From contig CAVRBU010000005.1 of the NCBI GenBank assembly GCA_963719315.1, positions 64,001 to 128,000 on the forward strand: a stretch of 64,000 nucleotides of DNA. The letters are read 5' to 3'. The notes below the pieces were generated by a model. It was given only the letters and a program-made list of their open reading frames with translations. It was not told the DNA's origin and searched no databases. How positions within the stretch are numbered: position 1 is the first letter of the stretch; every line of letters starts with the position of its first letter. Source of the stretch: an uncultured Planctomycetota bacterium (lineage in GTDB: Bacteria > Planctomycetota > Planctomycetia > Pirellulales > Lacipirellulaceae). A program made the translations under genes and the position numbers. Below are positions 30,188-41,528 of the stretch, piece by piece.

Positions 30188-30763
30188 TTGAGCGACGACG
30201 CCTCACTCATTGCGGCAACTTTGGCCGGCGACAACGCCGCCTTCGGCCGATTGGTGGGGTTGTATCAGGATCGGCTTTACAACTCGCTCCTGCGCGTGCT
30301 GGGCTCGGCCGAGGACGCCGCGGACATCGTACAGGACGCTTTCGTACAGGCGTTCACAAAGCTCGACACGTTCCGCGGTTCGTCGGCATTTTACACTTGG
30401 TTGTATCGCATTGCGTTCAACCTGGCCATGAGCCACGCCCGCCGGGGACACAAAACGACGTCGCTCGATGGAATGAAATCGCTGGTGGGAGACGAGCCAA
30501 TGGACGGTCAGCCCTCGGCCGAAGCGGGCGCGATGCGGCAGGAGCGGGCCGAGTTGGTCCAGGCCGCACTCGCGGAACTAAGCATGGATTATCGACAGAT
30601 ATTGGTGCTGCGCGAAATCGACGGTTGTCGTTACGACGAGATTGCACAGATTTTGGATTTGCCGGTGGGCACGGTGCGGAGCCGATTGTTTCGAGCACGA
30701 TTGCAGATGAGGGACTTGTTAGCGCCCCGGTTGCATATTGAGAGAATCGTGGACACCCGATGA
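30188..30763 (+). CDS. ECF sigma factor
   Basis: DAADIVQDAF, FYTWLYRIAFN, YDEIAQILDLPVGTVRSRLFRAR. Confidence 0.93.
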   Translation: MSDDASLIAATLAGDNAAFGRLVGLYQDRLYNSLLRVLGSAEDAADIVQDAFVQAFTKLDTFRGSSAFYTWLYRIAFNLAMSHARRGHKTTSLDGMKSLVGDEPMDGQPSAEAGAMRQERAELVQAALAELSMDYRQILVLREIDGCRYDEIAQILDLPVGTVRSRLFRARLQMRDLLAPRLHIERIVDTR

Positions 30764-32648
30764 GCGAGCGAGAGTTCCAACACGAATCGGATGACGAGCT
30801 GCTGAGCGCCTACCTCGATGGCGAGCTCGCGCCGCGAAACGCGCCGCGGTCGAGGCTCGGATGGAGAACGATTCCGAAGCGCGAAAAATGTTCCATCAGT
30901 TGCGGTCGGTGTCGCAAGACGTGCAATCGTTGCCGCTGGAATCGGTCGGTCGGGATTTGAGCGAGTCGATCTTGCGACGAGCGAAGGCGCTCCAACCGGC
31001 GACGGGTGAGAGCGCTGTCGATGGTGCGATTCCAAAGTTCGGCGGCCCGACGCCCAAGGTCACCATCTTTCAAACGCGGCGGTCCTGGTTCTGGGCCTCG
31101 CTGGCCGTGGCGGCCGGGCTGTTGGTCATGGTGTTGCAACCGGGCGATGAGAATGGAAACAACCTGCCGGCGGTTGCTCAGCACGATGGAACTTCGACGG
31201 TAAATCGGCAACTGAAGGATTTTTCTCCAGGAGCGACCAACGAGCCGACTTCCGCGACAGCAATTGATCCGACACAAATCGCCAGAAGCGCGTCCGCATT
31301 GCCGACGCCAGCCGCATCTCCGGCCATGCCGTTGGGAGCGGTCGTCGGAGCGCCGCAGTCAGCGATGTGGGGGAAGGAGCCGGCGCCGACCGATCTTGCC
31401 ATGTTTGACGGGGCGACCACCAACGACCGCGCGACCGACAAAGCAGCGGAACGGGTGGCAACCCCTCAGTTGCCCGCGTCTACTCCCATGCGTCAGGATG
31501 CACTCTCGGATACGGAGATTCGTTCGGGCCAAATTGCCGGAGCAACTCAGCCATCGCCACCGCCCGACAATCTCGCGGAAACAGCGCCTCTTGCCGCAGC
31601 GCCGCCATCACCAGCCGCGCCGGCGCCGATCGCCGGGCGTGGTGGATTAGGAAACGATGTCGGTTCGCGATTCGGAGGCAGCAAAGTAGGCGAATCGGTG
31701 TCGGCGAAAACCTCGGCAGCCGGTGCATCAAAGTCGGGTGGTGCCCTGGGCGGCGCTTTCTCCGCCTCACAAAGTGGACCGCAGGAAGAAAATGAGGAGC
31801 CGCGTCCGCAAGTCATCGTTCACGTCCTTGCGAAACCAGAAGCGTATCAGAGAAGGTCTTTCGAGAAACTACTGGCGAGTCAAGGCGTTGTCGTGGAAAT
31901 GGAGCACGATACAGATAAGGACGAACGAGCCAGCGGCAGACTTGGCAGCGATGCGAAACCTGCGAACCAAGAAGTGCTGGCCGAGAAGTCAACGATCGCG
32001 CCGACCGGCGGCGAAGCAAACATCGACCTGGTACTGGTCGAAGCGCCAAGTTCTACGATTGCATCCTGTTTGACTGCCTTGAAAAACGACGTGGAGAACT
32101 ATGTGGGGCTGAAAGTGGAGGAACCGCAGGTTGCTACGCAGGTTCGCGGGAAAGTGGCCGGAGTGAATCAATCGGCGGACAAGAAACTTGCGTTCGACTG
32201 GAGTCAGTACAGCCGGGGGAATGTGCCTCTTAAGCAAAAAATCTCCTTCCAAGATCGCTTTTACTATCGCGATTTACCTAGCGGCGAACGATCGAAACCC
32301 GGCACTGTAGGCGAAAATCACTTTGGAATCACGACCGATGAGCGGAAGACGGCTGTCGACGAAGCGAAACAGTTGAAACCAAAAACTCGCGGGGCCGCCA
32401 TCGCCACAGGTCGGGCGCGGCATCTCTCTATTTCGGGACCCGAGGACGAGAAGTTCGATAAGTTCGCTGCCCGCAGCGATGCGAGTGGCACACAGACGCG
32501 GGAAGATTCGCTGGCCAGGCGCCGCACGCAATTGGAACTTGATACCGGAGCCAGTGCGGTTTCCCCTGACGGCGTGCAGGTGTTGTTCGTCGTCGGCCCG
32601 AATCGCGAAGCGGCGGCTAGTGCTCCAGCCGAAAAAGCGGCAAAATAG
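30760..32648 (+). CDS. Anti-sigma factor-like membrane protein, frameshifted near 30835
   Basis: ELLSAYLDGEL N-terminus overlapping the sigma stop, continues in another frame with one TM (WASLAVAAGLLVMV). Confidence 0.8.
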
Positions 32649-32712
32649 CGGCACACAGTGCACCCTCAACCAACCCTCTCCCAAAAGGAGAGTGTTTCAA
32701 AGGAACACTACT

Positions 32713-32936
32713 ATGGCCGAAGTTACCATCCGCTTGCACCGAACGGACCACTCGTCGTCGAGGGACCATTCATACTGATCGATTCGCGCGGCGCGGAGTT
32801 CGATATTCCTGCGAATAAGCAGGCGATCGCGCTGTGCCGCTGCGGCCAATCGGCACGTCGGCCGTTCTGTGACGGGTCGCACAAGAGCTGCGGTTTCGTT
32901 TCCGATGAGGCGCCGACGCCGCCGGCGGTGGGGTGA
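32713..32936 (+). CDS. CDGSH iron-sulfur domain protein, frameshifted near 32736
   Basis: MAEVTIR / PNGPLVVEG...ALCRCGQS..RPFCDGSH. Confidence 0.85.
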
Positions 32937-33192
32937 TAAGTGGCAAGTCTCTTCGATACTCGAATTCGCGTGCTGGAGAGACGCAACGACGTAGGCGGGC
33001 AGTTTATCAAGCCGTAATCAACGGACCTTTGCGCAGATTCGCCACACCCGGTCTGTCCGGTACACTGCATTCAAATTAAGGCACGTTCAACCGGTCGTAT
33101 GACCCTGCGACTCCGCGCTTCAGCCTCTCTCGGTTCGCGTCGATAGTTGCGAATAGAAGCATCCGATGCGTTTCCAGCACGAGGGCCTAGCT

Positions 33193-33414
33193 ATGTGGCG
33201 ATCATTCTTTTTAGCAGTCGGCGCGTATTCCTGCTTGTTGGGTGTCGAGGCGCTGACCGTGGAAAAGGCCGTGCTGAAGGTCAATCCAAGCACGCGGCAA
33301 AGTGCCACGCGGGACGTCGTTCCGCCGGACTGGGCCCCCTGGAGCCTGCTCGGTACGGGTGCCGTCGTCGTGCTGTATTCGTTTACGGTGCCGCAGCGGG
33401 TGGGTAAAGTCTAA
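33193..33414 (+). CDS. Small membrane protein
   Basis: MWRSFFLAVG...PPDWAPWSLLGTGAVVVLYS; two hydrophobic segments. Confidence 0.65.
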   Translation: MWRSFFLAVGAYSCLLGVEALTVEKAVLKVNPSTRQSATRDVVPPDWAPWSLLGTGAVVVLYSFTVPQRVGKV

Positions 33415-33610
33415 TGGAACATTCTTGTCCATAATTGCGAGCGACGGGCAGGATTGTCCGCATTCCGCACTACTTTCGCGGGCCAAACGTTTATTGAGTT
33501 TTGGTCTGCAACCGCTTATCATGGATAGGTTTAGGGCACGAAGTCCGGTGAACCTCCGCTGGCTGCGGGTGTCCTATCGGCTTACCTGATCCAACGTTCC
33601 CTGTATCGAG

Positions 33611-35389
33611 GTGATCCCCGTGGCAACTGTCACCAAACCCAAGACTAAGAATGAGTTAACGAGCGGGGCCGATATCCTCGTCCAATCGCTAATCAACCAT
33701 GGCGTGCATACGATTTTCGCCTACCCAGGCGGGGCCAGCATGCCGTTGCACCAGGCTCTCACCCGGTTTTCCGACCGTCTGCGAACGATCTTGCCGCGGC
33801 ACGAACAGGGCGGCGCGTTTGCGGCCCAGGGCGTAGCCCGCAGCACCGGGAAGCCAGGCGTGTGCATGGCCACGAGCGGGCCGGGGGCCACGAATCTGGT
33901 CACGGCCATCGCCGATGCCAAGCTCGACAGCATTCCGCTGATCGCGATCACGGGCCAGGTTGGTACGAAGGTGATCGGCAGCGACGCCTTTCAGGAAACG
34001 CCGATCGTCGAGGTTTGCCGCGGCATTACCAAACACCATTATCTGATTACCGACGTGAACGACGTTGCCCGTGTTGTGCGGGAGGCTTTTTTGATCGCGA
34101 CCACGGGCCGACAGGGACCCGTGCTCATCGACATCCCCAAGGACATCCAGCAAGACAAAACCGTACCCGATTACAACGTCGCACCTGACCTGCCTGGCTT
34201 TCAAATGAAAAATCCGCGGGCTAAGCCCGAGCAGATACGCCAGATCGCGGCGGCGATCAAATTGGCCAAGCGGCCCGTGATTTACGCGGGGGGCGGCATT
34301 ATCAGTGGCGAGGCCAGCGAAGAGCTGCGTACGCTGGCAAGAAAGACCGGCATCCCGGTGGCGATGACCGTGATGGGCCTCGGTGCGTTCCCCAGCAATA
34401 GCCCGCTCACACTCGACATGCTCGGTATGCATGGCTCGGTATATGCGAACTATGCGGTGGAACAGGCTGACTTGCTCATCGCGCTGGGGGTGCGGTTCGA
34501 CGATCGCGTGACCGGCAAAGTGGCGGACTTTTGCAAGCACGGCAAGATCGTGCACGTCGATATCGATGCCTCGGAGTTGAATAAGAATAAGCCGGCGCAC
34601 ATTCCGGTTTGCAGCGATGTGAAATACGCGCTCGCGGAGTTGAACAAGATCGTCGAACCTCCGGATGATATTTCGGCGTGGGTCAAGCAGTGTCAGAAGT
34701 GGAAGCAGGAAGAGCCGTTCCACTACAACGAAGAGTTCCCCGGCATTCTGCAGCAGCACGCGATCCGCGAATTGTGGAAGCTCACCCGCGACCGCGACCC
34801 CGTGATCACCGTGGGCGTCGGCCAGCACCAGATGTGGGGGGCCCAATTCTACAAATTTGACAAGCCGCGAACATTCCTCTCCAGCAGCGGCCTGGGCACG
34901 ATGGGCTTCGGACTGCCCTCGGCAATGGGCGTGCAGAGCCAATTCCCCAATCGGCTCGTGATTGACATCGACGGCGACGGCAGCTTCCAGATGAACATCC
35001 AAGAGCTAGGCACGTGCTTCTGCGAGAACCTGCCGGTGAAAGTGCTGCTGCTCAACAATCAGCACCTCGGAATGGTCGTGCAATGGGAAGACCGCTTCAT
35101 GCAAGGCAACCGGGCGCACACGTACTTGGGCCCGATTCATCACCCCGAAGCCCGCGGCGAGGGCGACGGCCTCGGGCCGACCGAGCGGTATCCAAACTTC
35201 GTGGCAATCGCCAAGGGCTACGGCTGCGGCGCGGCCTACATTCGCGAGAAGGCCGACCTGGTGCCGGCCCTGGAGGAAATGATCAACTATTCTGGGCCGT
35301 ATGTGCTTGATGTCGAAGTGCCGTATCAAGAGCACGTGTTACCGATGATTCCGGGCGGGATGACGGTGCGCGATATGATTAAGGAGTGA
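33611..35389 (+). CDS. ilvB: Acetolactate synthase large subunit
   Basis: [36 protein letters not shown]. Confidence 0.95.
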   Translation: MIPVATVTKPKTKNELTSGADILVQSLINHGVHTIFAYPGGASMPLHQALTRFSDRLRTILPRHEQGGAFAAQGVARSTGKPGVCMATSGPGATNLVTAIADAKLDSIPLIAITGQVGTKVIGSDAFQETPIVEVCRGITKHHYLITDVNDVARVVREAFLIATTGRQGPVLIDIPKDIQQDKTVPDYNVAPDLPGFQMKNPRAKPEQIRQIAAAIKLAKRPVIYAGGGIISGEASEELRTLARKTGIPVAMTVMGLGAFPSNSPLTLDMLGMHGSVYANYAVEQADLLIALGVRFDDRVTGKVADFCKHGKIVHVDIDASELNKNKPAHIPVCSDVKYALAELNKIVEPPDDISAWVKQCQKWKQEEPFHYNEEFPGILQQHAIRELWKLTRDRDPVITVGVGQHQMWGAQFYKFDKPRTFLSSSGLGTMGFGLPSAMGVQSQFPNRLVIDIDGDGSFQMNIQELGTCFCENLPVKVLLLNNQHLGMVVQWEDRFMQGNRAHTYLGPIHHPEARGEGDGLGPTERYPNFVAIAKGYGCGAAYIREKADLVPALEEMINYSGPYVLDVEVPYQEHVLPMIPGGMTVRDMIKE

Positions 35390-35420
35390 GGGGACGGCGT
35401 TCGCGCCCCTCTGTGCGGAA

Positions 35421-36684
35421 TTACTGGGCTGGCAGTACCGGTTTCTTCAATGCTCGCGATGTTTCGGCACGACTCGGGGCGTTGGCCAGCAACCCGCGAA
35501 GCTCGGCAAAATCGTCCTGGGAGTCGACAAGATGGTCGGCTTCACCGACGACACGGCCGTTCGGATCGATGAGAATCGTCATTGGGTAATATCTTACGCC
35601 GTAGTCGGCCGCTGCTGAGCTGCGGGCTTCCGTCTCGAAACCGACCTGTCGCGTCTTTTCGGCTTTCACGAGAGCAACAGGAAATGGCAGATCGCGGCCA
35701 AGCCAATAATTCTTTCTTGTCTCCCCGAGTGCGGCATCTAACTTGGCCGCGGTATCGACTTCGTCTCCTCCTTCAATCCCAACGTGAACACCGACAATAG
35801 CAAGTTTCTCTTCAGGAAAGCGGTCGCGAGCTTCGAACAACCTTGGCATGCGCAACACACGGCCCGCACCAATGGCCCCAGAAATGGAGCAAAACATAAC
35901 GACCCTTCAAGTCCGCTAGTCTTAATCCGCCTGAATTCTTCCAGCCATTCACACCGCGTAATTTCGGTGCCGGTTCGCCACGCAAAAGCCCAAGCGGAGT
36001 TGGTGGCAGGTCGATAGGATCGAGGTGCAATTCGCCTTTCCCTGCGTCTAATCGCAGAGGCCGATGAACTTCCTCGCCATACGTACCACTTGCAAAGAAT
36101 TCATACTTGCCAGGGGGCAATAGCAACTCGACTTCGCCCGTTAGTGAACTCCATTGGAAAGGATCGAATTTGTCGATCGCGGCCGTCCCCCAAAACGCAC
36201 CGAGCGGTTTCCCTTGATGTGCAAGGCGACTGATTCCGACTCGGACAACGACTCGGCGGGCTGGAACCATAACGACTTGGCGCGGCTGGTTCTCTTCGGA
36301 CTGATTCGATTTGTGTGGCAATGTCAACCCAGCTAACCCTCGCGATGCGTGGATGGCGACTATGCATGTTCGATCGAGCAGTCGAGAGCCCTTCGTTAAC
36401 TTCACGATTCCATCCGCATCGGTTGGTTGTGAATCCTCGTTGCAACCGAACGTCGAATCATTTTCCGAACTTTTAATGACATTTAGCCCAGCGATGGCTC
36501 CCTCCACCGGCATGCCATTTTCATCCACCACGCGAATGGAAAATCCTGGGCCATAAGCATCAATCTGTTGCGCTGATGAAGAACGAGTCGATTCGTCGGC
36601 TTGGCAGACTCCGGCGGAGAGCAGAGCCGATAAGAGGGGCAGCCAAATCACTCGGTGCAGAAACGCTTTACTCACTTTTCCCAT
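35421..36684 (-). CDS. Secreted TlpA/thioredoxin-like protein, frameshifted near 35850
   Basis: AAGGAG RBS, signal peptide, VLLHFWGHWCGPC, YGVRYYPMTILIDPNG. Confidence 0.75.
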
Positions 36685-37066
36685 CTCCTTCGTTGGATCG
36701 TCGCCATGCATCCTCAAACTGCGGCCGAAGCGCTTGACACAATTATAGGCGGGCAATACGCAATAGATGGCTTGACGCGGCCAATCAACACGGCCAATCA
36801 GCTCATCAAAATGTAGGGTGTGTCTGGTTTTTGCGGGACCACCAATTCATGAGATTCATGGTGGGGCTCGCGTAGCTCGAACCAACGTACAGCTTCCCCA
36901 GATTCAATCATTGAATTGCCCCGGGCAAGCCAACATCTGGCCGCTATTGCCGCTATTTCCGGTAAAGCCGGGCGGACCACCCGTTGCTCGATGCCAATGG
37001 CCTGTTAAGCCGCACATTTTGCGCAGCTAGCTCAAGCATTGCTAGCTGTGCTTCCGATGACTGATT

Positions 37067-38048
37067 ATGCCTACCGCAAGTTGTGGGCAAACAGCGTCGA
37101 TCGCGCCGGCGTCAGCGACCCGTGCGATTGAGATGCTCAGCCGGAGGTTATCGGAGCGTGACAGGTACTTCCCCCATCGGCATTTTTACAGAACCCCAAT
37201 CGTCGGGCGCAATTTGCGAAACCAATTCGTCCACATCGCTCCTCACTCGAGTTCGAGCCCACAAGCTTCTTCGGCCTTCTGCCAAATCTGCAGAAGTCGA
37301 TCGCCTCGCTTCAATCCCGACGGCATCTGCCGCTGCAACTCGGCAAAATTCGCAAATGCCGGCGTTCGTTCCTCTGCTGGAAGAATTGGAAGTTGCGGGG
37401 TGGAGTTCGCATCGGCGGATGCTGAGCGGCAACTTTCACGATTGGTCGTTGCTCGCAAGCCGAACGCTGCTCGTGATGGCGGGTCAGGCGATTGCGGCCG
37501 ACGCCAATGAAGCAATGGATCCCATGGAAGCGGCGCTCGTGGCCCAAGGCGCTTGGGCTTCGATCCGGTCGCATGCACAACACGCGGGCGACGCGGGCAC
37601 ATTGTTGTCGCTGGCGGCGCGCAGCCTGTGGACGAATGTCGGCGCGGGTTTGCAAGCCGCGGCCGCCGTTGCCGTGATCGATTTGGATGGCGGCCATGCG
37701 AGCGTGGCAATGGCCGGCGACTGCTTGACGCTAAGAATTCGCGCCACCGGCGCCGAGCAGATTGCGGCGAGCCAGCCGATGCTGGGAGTCGAACCGCACT
37801 TCAATTACGTCAGCCATTCGATTCAGCTTTCGCTACGCGAACGGATTCTGCTAGTGGCCGACGAGCCCCTGAAGCGGCCGGCGAAGTGGGCGTCGCGAAT
37901 CGCAAATTGTTTCTCGCAACTCGATGCGGAATCGCATCGGCGGATGATGGCGGCGGATGCGATCGCGCTGGTTCGCGAGCAATACGTGCGACCCGCCGAC
38001 AAAAATGGCCTGGCTTCGGCCAGTATCGTGGCCGTAAGGCGACGGTAA
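37067..38048 (+). CDS. Degenerate SpoIIE/PP2C-like domain protein, probably frameshifted
   Basis: LSGNFHDW, LLVMAG, PMLGV, ERILLV resemble SpoIIE; catalytic Asp residues poorly conserved. Confidence 0.5.
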
Positions 38049-39145
38049 TATAGGTGCAAGTTGGCGTAACCGCATGCAGTTTCGGTGCACTTTGCAAGTG
38101 CGGGAAAAGCACTGGCGGAGCCAGTGGCACGCACTGTTAGACCATTTCTGCGGTGCGGGCTTCTGTCGAGCGCCGAGTGCGCGGCTTGCAGTAAGCGGTC
38201 GAGGCCCTGCCCTGTTACGGACGAGAATAGAATCACCTCGTGGTCGACGACTTCGGCCAGTTTCGCTTGCACTTCGGCCGCTGAGGGTAGTTCGGCTTTG
38301 CTGACAGCTACGATCTCTCGTCGGTCGGCCAGGCCATGGCCATATTGCTCGAGCTCGCTGCGAATCGTGCGATAATTCTCGATCGGGTCCGTGCCGTCGA
38401 CCGGCTCCGGCTCGACCAGGTGGATGAGCACGCGCGTCCGTTCCACATGCCGCAGGAATTCGTGTCCCAAGCCGACGCCGGCGTGGGCGCCTTCGATCAG
38501 GCCTGGGATGTCGGCAATCACGAGCGAGCGATCCATATCGAGCTGCACAATGCCGAGGTGCGGGATTTTGGTGGTGAACGGGTAGTCGGCGATTTCCGGG
38601 CGGGCCCGCGAGACGCGGCTGAGCAGCGTGCTTTTGCCGGCGTTGGGTTTACCCATCAGGCCGATATCGGCGATGACTTTCAACTCGAGCGTAACGCGGC
38701 GCGATTCGCCTTCTTCACCGCGGGTATGATCGCGCGGGGCCTGATTGGTAGCCGACTTGAAGCGGGTGTTGCCTTTACCGCCTCTGCCGCCCCGGGCGCC
38801 GACCACGGTTTCGCCGAGCGTGGACAGGTCTTTCAGTACGTGGCCGTGCTCGGCATCCATAATGATCGTGCCGGGCGGCACTTTAATGATCAGATTCTCG
38901 GCGTTCCGGCCATGACATTGTTTGCCGCCGCCGTGCCCTCCGCGCTCGGCCCGCCATTGCTTGCGATGCGCGAGTGCCGAGAGCGTATCAACGCCCGGTT
39001 CGGCGACCAAAATGATGCTGCCGCCGTCGCCGCCGTCGCCGCCGTCAGGTCCGCCGCGCGGAATATACTTCTCGCGGCGAAAGCTGACGCAACCATCACC
39101 GCCCCGGCCGGCTTCGATTTCAATGGTGACACGATCGACGAACAT
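37823..39145 (-). CDS. obgE: GTPase Obg (C-terminal ~100 aa extension doubtful)
   Basis: MFVDRV..GGDGCVSFRREK, GKPNAGKS, YPFTT, DIPG. Confidence 0.93.
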   Translation of the reverse strand: MFVDRVTIEIEAGRGGDGCVSFRREKYIPRGGPDGGDGGDGGSIILVAEPGVDTLSALAHRKQWRAERGGHGGGKQCHGRNAENLIIKVPPGTIIMDAEHGHVLKDLSTLGETVVGARGGRGGKGNTRFKSATNQAPRDHTRGEEGESRRVTLELKVIADIGLMGKPNAGKSTLLSRVSRARPEIADYPFTTKIPHLGIVQLDMDRSLVIADIPGLIEGAHAGVGLGHEFLRHVERTRVLIHLVEPEPVDGTDPIENYRTIRSELEQYGHGLADRREIVAVSKAELPSAAEVQAKLAEVVDHEVILFSSVTGQGLDRLLQAAHSALDRSPHRRNGLTVRATGSASAFPALAKCTETACGYANLHLYYRRLTATILAEARPFLSAGRTYCSRTSAIASAAIIRRCDSASSCEKQFAIRDAHFAGRFRGSSATSRIRSRSES

Positions 39146-39247
39146 GGGGGATGGTAGAGGTCAGGGGTGGAGGTCGGCGTAGCGAGACCGTTTGAATCAG
39201 GCCGCAAACGCGTTTGGGAATGGAGTGCTCAAATCCATAAATACTGC

Positions 39248-39757
39248 TTAGGGGTTAATGTTTGCTCCAGACTCCTGGTTGGTTTTCAACCTTGCCATGT
39301 AGCGTTGTTTGCTATCGCCAATGGGTGACATCGAGTTTTCACTTGCAAATTTCATCCATTTTGAGTCGAAGCTACCGATTAGTATCAACTGTATGTCCTT
39401 TGCTCCGTAATTCCGTGCTAATGTTGCCTTCTCTAGAAGATATCTCTGGGCAACGGCGCTGGATGTCAATTGATCGCTATTACCAAGTAAAGCATCAGCG
39501 CCCCGTGGAGTTACAGACAGCTCTACCGTTGGCACTGAGTAGAGGGGGTGCAGTTGCTTGATACCAATGGCTCGCAACACACTGGGAGTGCGATCTCTAA
39601 TTATTACAATCGCGCCCTGCTGTCGTAATTCTATCAGTTTTTGGATTTTGTAATTGGAGTAAGCAATCCACCCCCCAAGACCAACCGCCACTAGCGTTAC
39701 GGCAGCCATCAGGGCTCTGATGGAGAACCTTAAACGACTTCTATTATTATCAGTCAT
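39248..39757 (-). CDS. Low-GC hypothetical protein with RFSIR-hydrophobic N-terminus
   Basis: RLRFSIRALMAAVTLVAVGLGGW; visibly AT-richer than flanks. Confidence 0.65.
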   Translation of the reverse strand: MTDNNRSRLRFSIRALMAAVTLVAVGLGGWIAYSNYKIQKLIELRQQGAIVIIRDRTPSVLRAIGIKQLHPLYSVPTVELSVTPRGADALLGNSDQLTSSAVAQRYLLEKATLARNYGAKDIQLILIGSFDSKWMKFASENSMSPIGDSKQRYMARLKTNQESGANINP

Positions 39758-39835
39758 GATTTTTGTTGAGATGGAGTTAGCCAACGTACCGCAATTTTCC
39801 GGAAAATAATTTACCCACTACTGAGGTCAGGGGGT

Positions 39836-39868
39836 AAATAAAAACAGGGATGCCTGGCGGCATCCCTG
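39836..39868 (-). terminator. Rho-independent terminator after rpmA
   Basis: CAGGGATGCC/GGCATCCCTG hairpin followed by TTTTTATTT on minus strand. Confidence 0.75.
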
Positions 39869-39898
39869 ATCGGCGACTTCGTCGCGTTGTGTGCGTGG

Positions 39899-40150
39899 TT
39901 AGTTTTCGGAGGGAATGACGTTCACGCGGCGGCCTTCGCGGTCGAACTTTACTTCGCCATCGACGAGCGCGAAGAGCGTATAGTCGCGGCCTTGGCCCAC
40001 GCCTTTGCCGGCGTGGAACTTGGTGCCAAGTTGGCGGACGATGATGTTGCCGGCGATCACCTGCTCGCCACCGTAGCGCTTCACGCCGCGGCGTTGACCA
40101 TTGGAATCGCGACCGTTGCGGCTAGAGCCTTGACCCTTTTTATGTGCCAT
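39899..40150 (-). CDS. rpmA: 50S ribosomal protein L27
   Basis: [25 protein letters not shown]. Confidence 0.97.
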   Translation of the reverse strand: MAHKKGQGSSRNGRDSNGQRRGVKRYGGEQVIAGNIIVRQLGTKFHAGKGVGQGRDYTLFALVDGEVKFDREGRRVNVIPSEN

Positions 40151-40243
40151 GGGAGTTGCAGGACGGACGATCATGTCCGTCAAAAAACGACAAAGAAAAA
40201 GGACGAGACTGTCCGTCCTATGAAACGCTGTAGCCCGTCTATC

Positions 40244-41224
40244 CTATCGGTAAACCCAGCGGTAGGCAACCCCGTCGCCAACGCTGTACAGATAGGATTT
40301 ATCGAGCGGCACGCCATAGCGGAATTCTCGCTCGTTGGGCTGCAGCTCGTCGCCCGGCCGCCAAAAATTGAGCTGCAACATCTTGTGGGTGAATCTGCGG
40401 CCGCGGCCCGGCGTATCGCCTGGGTGGTAGGCCGCCGGGTTATCGACCCAGCGATAGGCGTTCGTCAGCCCGCCGACGAAAACCGAAAAGAAGTCCATCC
40501 GCGGATCGACATCGACCCAAGTGGCAACGCCCCATACGCTCTTGTCGATGCGGCCATCGCTGACTGGAATCGGCTGCTCGGCCATTTGGACGCTGTTGAG
40601 CAGCATCCGGCCGGGCGTTTCGCGCTGGCTGATGGCAGCCACGGCCGCGGGGATCACGCGATCCAAATACGACTTCGAAACGCGTTTGCCATCGGAGAGT
40701 CGGTCTTGCGATTCCAACACGAACTGCGGTATGAAGCGGATCGGGCCACCCTTTCCCGGCTCAGCCGAAAACACACCGTCGGAGCCTTCGACTGGCTTGA
40801 GCGTTTGGCCGGTGTTCTTGACGTTGTAAACCAGGTACCAAACCAGCTTCCGCTCGGTGCTGCCAGAGGCGAGCGGCACATCGACCTCGGTCATCCGCAG
40901 CGGCTTGAACGAAAACTGCAAGCAATAGATCTCGCGACGGAACTTCACTTGGTCGGCCATGCCGAACAGCGTTTCGGACGCAGCAAAGAATTCAGGGTTC
41001 CAATTCAGCGCGGGGTTCGCGCGGAGTTCCATGATGTCGTGCGTGCTGACGGTGTCCTCCGGCTCGAAGCTGGGCGCGATGGTCGTCAGCACCCCCTGCG
41101 CGAGTTGCCGGCTGGCCGGCGGCGCAGCAAGCGGCGCTCCCGGCGACGATGCTGGCGAGTGCGCCCATCGCGAACAGCGGAATGGATACGAGCGTGGTCG
41201 CGGGTCGATGCATGAGGTGGCCAC
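40244..41224 (-). CDS. Hypothetical protein (N-terminus uncertain)
   Basis: Protein-like ORF: VWYLVYNVKN, VATWVDVDPRMDFFSVFVGGLTNAY, LNFWRPGD. Confidence 0.7.
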   Translation of the reverse strand: MATSCIDPRPRSYPFRCSRWAHSPASSPGAPLAAPPASRQLAQGVLTTIAPSFEPEDTVSTHDIMELRANPALNWNPEFFAASETLFGMADQVKFRREIYCLQFSFKPLRMTEVDVPLASGSTERKLVWYLVYNVKNTGQTLKPVEGSDGVFSAEPGKGGPIRFIPQFVLESQDRLSDGKRVSKSYLDRVIPAAVAAISQRETPGRMLLNSVQMAEQPIPVSDGRIDKSVWGVATWVDVDPRMDFFSVFVGGLTNAYRWVDNPAAYHPGDTPGRGRRFTHKMLQLNFWRPGDELQPNEREFRYGVPLDKSYLYSVGDGVAYRWVYR

Positions 41225-41528
41225 AAGTACGAGATGGACGAGGGGCGCCGATCGCGCCGCCCCCCCTCGAATTTCAGTATAGATACCGCGACGGGCAGCG
41301 GCAACAAATCGCGGTTATTACGCGAAGGTGCGTGGTTGGGACGGCAGCATTGCCCCGTTGCGATGGGGGCTCGTCCGCCGCGGCGGACTCGAACCCAACC
41401 ACCCCTCGTCATAGGCGGGACGGCCGAATTGACCGTTAGAATCGTGCCCGGGTCGCACGGAAAAAAGCGACCCGGCCCGTGTTTTGGCTGGGATAGAAAC
41501 ACACGGGACCGGGTGCTAACGAGAGAGT

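Noticed and set aside
37823..38130. Novel C-terminal domain of Obg
   Set aside because: Extension runs through a palindromic repeat and antisense into the neighbouring gene; probably a lost stop or indel
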